Source: Eledone cirrhosa (Eukaryota). From it: a stretch of 64,000 bases of DNA. The position numbers were made by a program, and so were the translations under genes. The stretch's first letter is position 1, and each line of letters begins with the position of its first letter. The notes under the pieces were generated by a model, which had not been told where the DNA came from, made no database searches, and saw nothing but the letters and a program-made list of their open reading frames with translations. The stretch is from contig OZ024740.1 of the NCBI GenBank assembly GCA_964016885.1, positions 338,148,001-338,212,000 of the forward strand, written 5' to 3'. Below, one piece after another: positions 54,754-64,000 of the stretch.

Positions 54754-54803
<50 letters not shown>

Positions 54804-56334
54804 TTGTCTGTGTGTGAGGAAAGTCAATAAAGTAAAATATGGGAGAATACTACAAAACAATGATGATAGATACTAATTTAATGCTTAATATTGTGGAAAA
54901 TAGTCTTAACGTTTTGCATGTCAGCCCTTCATTGGAAGATAGCATGAGAGAGAAGAAGAAATTGGAAGATAGACAAGATTGAAAGAGAAAGAAAACATGA
55001 ACAAACTGTTTTCAAAAGGAAAACACATTTGTAGTTAGCCAGCCATTTTGAAAAAGTTGGATTTCAGAAAAGGTTCACATATTGGAGATTCACAAGAAGA
55101 GAGATAAGCATCAATGAAGTAGGAATAAATATATTTTTGTACAAATCTGTGAGAGATTGAAAATTGTGATGCACATCAGACCATAACTGTGGTTAGAGTG
55201 CTAATGTCTGTGTTTGCAAACTAACCAGTGTAGGGAGTGACAGAAGCTAACCCGTTAAGCATGTGTGTATGTGTAGAAGTGTGTGTGTGTGTGCATGTAT
55301 GCATGCACATATATGTGAGCTCAGTCAACATAATATGTATACACATAGAAGCACACACATGAGTAGGGGCATTTCTTAAGTGGTGCAGAAGAATATAGTC
55401 ATGTCTGGTATGAGTATGCATATGGCACTACAACAGTACAGCCAACAAATGTCAAATACTGAAGGATGAAGGTCGCTGCAATTGTTAGATGGGTTGTTTC
55501 AGACAAAGTCAGTACTTAAAGCTACTGACTTCTTAGACATGCTAGGGGCCTGCTTCTCACTTATATACATTCCTGTACTCTATATAGTGCTACAAGTGCA
55601 TTTTATAGTGGCACCTGCACCTTTTATCAAGGACACAGCTGAAGATTCCTTTGATCCTTTGTTTGGTAAGTTTTCTACAGCTAGATGCACTTCTTTTTAC
55701 CAACCTCTTTATAGAGTATACTGGGTTCATTTATAATGAAGATCACCAACACTAGACATATTGTCATGCTCCTGACATAATTGAAGAGCCATTTTGATGC
55801 TTTTTTAGCATGGAGTATACAGCTAGTTCCCTTTTCTCTCACCAAAACCCTTACACAGTATACATGGTGCATTTGTTCATAGCACCAGCATTAGAGATCT
55901 TGTTGTTTTATAACTGCAAGGTCTTCTCAACCCTTTTTGGCATGGCTTCTATGGCTGGAAACCGTTCATAACACTAATCATTTTATAGAGTGTATTGGGT
56001 TCATTTTATTGGGGTAAGAAGGTTGCTGGTCATAGTCTTAAGTTATGTGTGTATTATTTATTAAACCTGAATGTCCTTGTCTCGCAAAACAAATTTCACC
56101 CCATTATATGTATGATAGGCAAAGCTGGTGGCATATTTGGAATCATTGCCCCAAGAATAAATTAAACATCTAAAATACCAAAAGTTTCATTGGTTAGTGC
56201 ATTGCAATCATGTATTATCTATGGTGTCTATTAGAACAAAATAGAGTGTTTCAGGGAACATAAACTTGAACTTGATAGGTGAAATCTAATATTATTTGGG
56301 GATTCAGCAGTCTGAATTCAGCCTGACTGAATAA

Positions 56335-57725
56335 GCAGCAGTGGTGGGTGTTCTGAAAGTACAGTAGCTAGAGTAAGAATGGGATGGAGGAAGTTCAGGG
56401 AGCTACTACTACTGCTGGCTACAAAAGACTTGTCCCTCAGAAAAAAAGGCAGACTGTATGATGTGTTCATACAAATAGCTATGTTGCATGGTAGTTAGAC
56501 TTGGGTGCTGTGTGCAGAAGACTTGTATAGATTAGAAAGAAATGAAGCCTACATGCTCCGATGGATGTGTAATAGTAATATACGAGAAGAGCGAAGCATA
56601 AATGAACTGAGAGAAACTGAGCATAAGAGGAATCAAATGCTGCGTGCAGGAGAGGAGATTGCATTGGTATGGATATGTGATGCATATGAAGGATGACAGC
56701 TGCGTAAAAAAGTGCAGAGTGCCCAAAGTCGATGGAAGCCTTGGAGTGGGAGACCCAGGAAGACTTGGGATGAGGTGATAAAAGCTGACCTTGCTCAATT
56801 GCACCTCTGAAAGGCAATGACACATGACTGGGATCTCTGGCGATACGCAATAATACAGAAGACCCGACTTAGCACAAGCTGAAGCATAAATACAGTATGC
56901 CCCACACCAACCCACCCTCCCATATGCCCCCCACCAGGAGGACAGGCCAAAGTAAATGCATCCTGTAAAGCCTCCTCCCCCACCCCAGCCCACACTGTAA
57001 AGTGGCCGCGGTGGTGACATAGCAAAAAGTGCCCAGCCCACTCTGTAAAGTGGACATGTAAAAAACACGACAAAAAGCACCCAGTCCACACTGTAAAGTG
57101 GTCGTGTAGGTGTCACAATAAAAAGCACCCAACACTCACTGTAAATTGAGATTGAGGTTGGGAAGGCATCCAGCTACAGAAACTAAGCCAGAACTAGACC
57201 AGTATAAACAAGACATGGTCACCTGACCTAGGATTGCCCAATCCTGCCTAACCCATGCTAGCGGGGAAAATGGATGTAAAGATGGACGTGATGATGATAT
57301 GTATGTATATACACAAATATATATGTATATAACATCCAGCCCACAATGTAAAGTGATCATGTAGGTGTCACGACAAAAAGCACCCAGTCCACACTGTTAA
57401 GTGGATGTGTAAAAGTCATGGCAAAAAGTATCCAGCACACTGTCAATGTGGTTGGCGTTAGGAAGGGCATCCAGCTATAGAAAACCAGCCCCCAAATCAC
57501 CCAGACCACACTGTAAAGTGTATGTGTAAAAGACATGTCAAAAAGCACCCAGTACACACTGTCAATGTGGTTGGTATTAGGGAGGGCATCCAGCCATAGA
57601 AAACCAGCCAGAAACACTCCTATATGAGTGAGACACGGTCACCTGACCCAACTTGCCTCTAAATGGGACAAACCCATCTAACCCATGCTTGCGTAGAAGA
57701 TAGATGTTAATTGATGATGATGATG
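56335..57725 (+). mobile_element. RTE 3' fragment with expanded array of about 47 bp 3' UTR units and two tails
   Basis: C-terminal RTE homology 56335-56870; repeated CACACTGTAAAGTGG...AAAAAGCACCCAG units; (GAT)n near 57290 and 57715. Confidence 0.85.
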
Positions 57726-58344
57726 CATATATGTATGCCTATATTTACATGCACATGTGTATATATATATATGTATGTATATATGTGTATATATATATAT
57801 ATATATATGCGTGCATAATATGTATGTATATATTTATATACATATATGTATTAGTGTGGGGACATGTGTGTCAATATAGAAGTTGAAAACACCATAGAAA
57901 CTTAACTGCAGTGTTGGCTAGTAATCCATGTTTCTGTCGAGGTTAACCATACGATTTTCAGAAGGAGCTATAAAATCGAAACTTTCACTCACATACATAA
58001 ATCCCCATTAAATTAATATTATGTTCCAACTTCACAGAAATACATGAAACTACATTAAAGGAGAAAGCTCTTGAAAGAAATACCAACACTAGTCCCCAAA
58101 TGCCAGATAAACAATATGGAATCAGCTCCAAAGTCCTCCCCCATCGGAACAGTTTAAGCTGACATCAATAAAACAAATCTCTATCTTTTATATTTTCTTA
58201 CTACAGTGAAACACAATAAAAACTGTAGATTGTATAAAGCAATAGTGAGAAACTATTATTATTGCTTTTGCCTTAACAATGAAACAAGATTTTGTATGTG
58301 GGTATGTAACACCTCCTCCTGTTTCAACAATTAGCATTCTAGTT

Positions 58345-58625
58345 GTTTAATCAACTGGACAGCCTGCTCATTAAGTTAATGTACAAGTGGCTGAGCACTC
58401 CACCACAGACATGTATACACTTAATGTATTTCTCAGGGAGATTCTACATGACACCATGTATGACAAGGCTAACTCTTTGAATTGAGGTAGAAATCACATT
58501 ATCAGCTAACTGGATGACTGCAATGTAAATTAAAGTTTATTTCTCAAGGACACAACTCTACTGGGAATTGAAATCTTATCTTTATAATCATCAAACAAAC
58601 ACCCTAACCACTAAAACATACACTT
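58345..58625 (-). mobile_element. Old CORE-like SINE
   Basis: CTCAAGGACACAAC core and CCCTAACCACTA A-box reverse complement. Confidence 0.55.
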
Positions 58626-59672
58626 TCTCAAAGAAAGAATTATATGAAAACATAAAGGTCTTCTGTCTTATTAATGAAACCACTGAAAAAAATGCTTATG
58701 AAGGATTTTGGTGATCTCTGGAAAATATATGCACGATGAACAAGAACAAATTGTGGATTCCCATCAGTGGATGGTTTATCTTAAATATTCTATTTTCATT
58801 TTATAAAGGTGTTTTATAAAAATGTTATACTTATTTCAAGTTTTATTAAATTTCTTTTGTTTATTATACAACGTTTTCAAACCTACCCTAATTTTTAGAT
58901 AATTTGTTTGTCTGAACCCACATATATTTAACCCCTTTGTTTATTATGTTTATTATGTTTATTGTATTATATGTTATCATGTCTATTACCTTTGTTGGAA
59001 TTAAGGAAAACAATATGATTATTGCTAAAATATGGAATGGTAGAATTAGTGGTGTTGTGATGAAAAATGTTGCTGAATCAAACTCTCAGTTTGTTTTTAT
59101 TGCAAATCAATGGCTGCTAACTTACAACTAAACTATACCATAATGCATCTGGACCAACAGTAATCTACGATATATTTGAGTGTGTATGTGTATGTACGTT
59201 TGTATGTGTGTGTGTATGCTGCAAAAAGGCTCTGAAATGGTGTATCCTAGAGAAAAGCAGATTTGATTTTTGAAATCTGTATCCAAAGCAGGTTTTGGGG
59301 CACATAAAGTTTCTTACACTTCAACATACAGCTCCACTGAGTAAATTTCCATAGAAGCCACCTTGGGGATGATTGACAATTCATGGGGATGGGCCAAGGG
59401 GAATAAGTAACAGAGGATGAAGCAAGGAGGATACATGATCTGACATTGAATAAAAAAGAATTGAAAAAAAGGCATTCCATGGGGAAAACTGCCAGGCAAT
59501 GATGGGTTACTCTGCTAGTATTAATTATATCAAAGCATACATTAGTTCTTTTGTGAATTAGTCTAGCCAGTGATTTCCATATCCTGGTTGGATGACAAGG
59601 ACATTTGAGTGGTAGAATCATGATTTCTTCTTCAATAACTGGATTGATGATGGATTGCACCTGCGTACATAC

Positions 59673-60033
59673 ATTTTGGGCCCAACTTCACAGCATGGCA
59701 CTGTGGTTCTCATTGATAGAACATGACATTAGTAGTCCCAGAACTTGCTTGTGCCAGATTCTTCAATAAGTCAACATTGTAGCAATCACCAATGGAATTT
59801 TCTGTAGTGGGACCAGAGTTTGTGTAATTACTGGCTGAGCATAATTTCCCACATAAAACAGTGTTAAATGGAACATCTGTGTATTTGATACTTGGATATT
59901 GATTAGAAGAATCTATCAGTTTAACACAATCCCCTTTTAGCTCATATTTATTTTCTAGATTAAACCATTTAAGTAAAACTTTTCCAGGTTCAGACCGGCA
60001 TCCAGTTGAAGCCTGTTCCATTGATGAGTGGCA
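59673..60033 (-). other. Candidate Cys-rich coding exon or pseudo-exon
   Basis: Acceptor GTCTTTCAG| and donor |GTATGT bracket about 107 open codons of non-repetitive sequence, followed by an in-frame TGA at 59710-59712. Confidence 0.3.
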
Positions 60034-60790
60034 CTGAAAGACAGTCTTCCATGAGACTTCTGAGTAGTTGCAAATCATGTATTTCGTACATGCATATATG
60101 TGTATGAATATGAAGTAAGGCATATTCAGTACTCTTCTTTTTTCAAGTGTACATATAGCTGAGTATTTAAGAAGTACACAGTGCAATCATGAGCGTTTTG
60201 TCTGAGGTTAACGTTAAATCTGTGGAATACTCAGCCATATGAGTTGAATCGACTAGGGGATCATTTCACTTTTTTATGTGAGTGTATAAGTGAAAGTGTA
60301 TGAATATATATATATATATATTTATTTATTTATATATATACATATGTATGTGTGTGTTCTGTGAGATAATAAACATGCAGCATTTTTCTTTTCAGAAGTG
60401 AAGCCAAATATGTCAACCACAAGCATCCTATAATATGTAAACATGTGTTGCTATCTAAGAAGTTTTCATAAAGAAGACCAAGAACATTTGAAGGAAAGCT
60501 TCAGACAGTATGAATTACAAATTTTTTCTTTTCACTAAAAAAAAAGAAAGAAAAAGAGAAAAAAAGAAAGAGAGAAAGAAGAAAAGCAATAGAATCTCTT
60601 TGAAGTTGAAGAATCAATGGTAAAAGATGTCAATGAACTGCTGAACAAAAAAGGTGAGTTTTGGAATATTATCTGACAGCAATATTTAGTTAATGCAAGA
60701 AATGGTACTGGTTTTGTTGCCAAAATAATTCTTGTCGACAGGATTACAAGGCAGGTGAAATCTTCATTACAATAAAACACACATTCATGT

Positions 60791-60831
<41 letters not shown>

Positions 60832-61159
60832 TGTGTGTGTGTGTGTGTGTGTTTATGAGTGTGTATATATGTATGTATATATTTATATGTATGTATATAT
60901 ATATATATATATATATATAGATGTGTATATATATATATTCTTCCCAAATGGTTGACTGAACATATATTTTGTTTTCTTTAAAAAATTACTCTCTCTTTCT
61001 TCCTCTTCTAACTTTCTACTAACTTTCTATTTCTTCTTTTTTTTCTCATTATATCTTCTCAAGAAGGACTAGTGTTCTAAACAACGTTAAAACTCTTTTC
61101 CTACTATATAAAGCATAATGTATTGTTGGCATTGTAGTTTTACATTTACTTTTTGCCTA

Positions 61160-61212
<53 letters not shown>

Positions 61213-61333
61213 GTCCTTGAAGATGGTTTGCTAATATGTTGTGGAACTAAATTTATCCCGAACTCGTCCCATGGACTGAGTGCTCTACTTGCTATGGATA
61301 TAACCTCCCATGTTCTACCACTATATATTTATA

Positions 61334-62169
61334 CAGGGTGCGGACGATATTTGTTCGCAATTTTCAACTGCTAATTTTATGCAAATTTTTTTTACTTACG
61401 TTGTCACTCTTGTCTTCATAAAAACAGTGACTATATTTCCATTATTTATTTTCAGAATAATTGATTATGAATAATTTTGAACCTCCAAATTTGTGGAAGA
61501 GACACGGAGTTCTTCTTGGAATCCACACTGGGAGGACAAACAAGTGGCTCGCTGTCTCATCCAAAGACATGCCCAGAGTCATGCAGACAAAGTTTCCAGC
61601 GACAACATTGGTCTTAGGTGTTGTCAACAGTCAAGGTGATGTCATATCACCTCACTTCTTCCCTGAGGGCCTCAAGCTGAACACCGATGGCTACATCCAC
61701 GTTCTGAGCGAGGTAGTAAAGCCCTGGATCGACCAGGTAGCTGCAGGTAGGCCGTACGTGTGGCAGCAAGACTCAGCACCCTGCCATACCAGCCGAAAGA
61801 CCCAAGCCTGGCTGTCAGAGAACTTCATCGACCACACTTCACCTGACATCTGGCCTCCCAGCTTGCCTGACTGCAAACCCCTCGACTTCTTTGTGTGGGG
61901 GCACAGTGGAACGAGACACCAACAGATCTAGCTGCAATACGAAAGACGATCTGAAGGCCAGTGGGGGACAGTGACGAAGGCCTGTAGCCGGTTCCGAGGC
62001 CGCCTTGAGGCCGTCATCAAAGAGAATAGCGGGTTTATCGAGTGAGATCGAAAGAACAAGTCATGAAGACAAACTGACCCAAGTTTGATAAATATATCTT
62101 AAAAAATAAAACTACTGTGTTATTTTTTCCTAGACAGTAATCTTGCGAACAAATATCATCCGCACCCTG
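61334..62169 (+). mobile_element. Internally deleted copy of the DD37D mariner
   Basis: Same TIRs and TA flanks as 31523-32829. About 450 bp deletion joining GRTN to KWLAVSS, plus a second short deletion near 61960. Confidence 0.95.
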
Positions 62170-62189
62170 TATATATAGCTCCCGTCTAA

Positions 62190-64000
62190 AACCATGCTAG
62201 CGTGGAAGATAGACGTTAAATGATGATGATGATGATGATATATATATATATATACACACACACACATATATATATGTATCATCATTATCATCATCATCAT
62301 CATCATAGTTTAATGCCCATTTTCTATGCTTGCATGGGTTAGATGGGCTGTTGCCTTATGAGACAATTCAGGTCTGGAGACCATGACTTGTTCATATAGA
62401 TCTGTATTTTGACTTGGTTTCTATAACTAGATGCCCTTTCTAACACCAGCCACGTTACCGTGTGTAGTGGGTGCTTTATATTGTGGCACCAAGATGACCA
62501 TATAACAGTGGACTGGATAATTTTTGTCATGTCACCAACACAACCGCTTTACTGGGTTTACTGGGCACTTTTGTCATGTCACTAGCATGACCACATTATA
62601 GAGTGGACTGGGTGTTTTTATCCTTGTGTCATCAATATGTTGAGCATGACAGGAGAGGTGCCTCATGAGAAGGTGGCGAGAAGAGATAGAATGAAGGTTG
62701 GTCATGAATGAGGTTAGTGGGTTATTTAGTTGATGAGGGGCAGGGTATTAAGACTAGAAATGGTGGCTGGAGAATGCTTGTTGCAGGCCAGTGTCCTACA
62801 TATATTCTTTCATCCTGTGCATTTAGGAAGGCAATTCTTCTGCAGTACTGCATAACACCAGAGATCTTGACCTTATAATCATCCTTAATTGTGCAAAGAT
62901 AGCTTTTATTACTTCATCCCAAATATTCAACTTCAAGTACCCCACATCTTTTTATACAACTCTCATTTTCCATACTCATCACATGTCTACGCCACTTCAA
63001 TCTCCTGATGCTCACTGCATCAAACCCCTCTTATGCCCAGTTTCTCTCTCAATTCATTGATGCTTCATCATTCTGAGTCATGCATACTTCATTCCTTTGC
63101 AATCTTCATAGGTTCTCTGCACACAGTGCCCAGATCTCACTTCCATGTAGCATTGCTGTTCAGACACAAGCAACATCCAATCATTTGAGGGAAAAAACTT
63201 TTGCAGCTAGCATGGCTATCATAGCTGTGTGGTTAAGAAGTTTGCTTTACAACCACATTGTTTTGGGGTTCACTTTCACTGATTTTGAGTTGACCACTAC
63301 CTTGTAAGATTCGGAAGACAGTAACTGCAGAAGCTTATGATTTATATTATACATGCACACAGACATATATATTTACATCCCCACCCTGCACAGTTGACCA
63401 AGCCATCCACAGCCCTCATCCATCACCACTATCTTCACTTTATTGTTATCAACATCCCTCCCCATTCCTTATGCTATCAAAAGTTACTCCTCCTCCTCCT
63501 TCCCCATTCATCAACCTGTCAAATCACACTGCACTTGCCACAACTTCATAATTATCCACCCCCCCCATCTATTGCTCCAACCCAACTCCTCACAGATCAG
63601 AGAGGGCTCTTCCATTGGGCTAAGGATCAACAACCTCTCTAGTTTTGGAGTCACAAAAATCCAGCTGATACTCCTGCAAGGTGGTTGGCAACAGTAAAGG
63701 AAAGCCAATTTAGAAGCTATGTCTACAAATAGTTGAGATGACTCTTCAGTTGTACCATGGCATGACAACCTCTCCAATGTTGGTGATCTACATGATAAAT
63801 GCATCCAGTACACACTGCAAGGTGGTTGGTGGTAGGAAGGGCATCCAGCCATAGAAAGCCTTCCAAACAAAGGGTCATGAGGATCCTTCAGTTGTGCCAA
63901 GGACAGGACAACCTCCTTAGTGTTGGTAACACAATAAATGCATCCAGTACATGCTGTAAAGTGGTTGGTGATAGAAAGGGTGTCCAGCCATCGAAAGTTT
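62190..64000. mobile_element. Degenerate RTE 3' and SINE tail fragments in both orientations
   Basis: (GAT)n/(CAT)n tails, AGGAAGGGCATCCAGCC motifs, RTE C-terminal homology at about 62840-63210 (minus). Confidence 0.6.

Noticed and set aside
54905-54940. Degenerate hammerhead-like motif on the minus strand (and a similar one near 61055-61090)
   Set aside because: Too many core mismatches to distinguish from chance.
56985-57600. CRISPR-like appearance of repeated units
   Set aside because: Eukaryotic context, degenerate repeats without unique spacers, no cas genes; they are RTE 3' UTR units.
59270-59560. 137 aa minus-strand ORF at 59247-59660
   Set aside because: More likely the shadow of a decayed plus-strand LINE fragment (GKLPGNDGL motif); not supportable as a gene.

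Overview
AT-rich eukaryotic (animal) DNA with no securely identifiable host gene. The repeat repertoire ((TA)n/(CA)n microsatellites, (GAT)n-tailed RTE LINEs, tRNA-derived SINEs) looks like a coleoid cephalopod, probably an octopus; this is an inference from repeat style. The window is a nest of decayed transposons: RTE LINEs with a PHD-like finger, Penelope-like elements (PLEs; Neptune-type and Naiad-type), two DD37D (maT) Tc1/mariner copies, R4/Dong fragments, a non-autonomous Helitron and many SINEs. The most striking feature is a series of fold-back palindromes (about 3.66-6.51, 24.3-27.7, 28.0-28.5, 41.1-41.5 and 45.4-46.6 kb) embedded in (TA)n tracts. Most arms end in type I hammerhead ribozyme motifs followed by AATAAA. 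At least four unrelated hammerhead families are present, one with compensatory stem changes and one with a shared non-canonical CAGA core. Two palindromes also mirror flanking sequence that lies beyond the (TA)n tract. Most ORFs in the supplied track are microsatellite or antisense artefacts.
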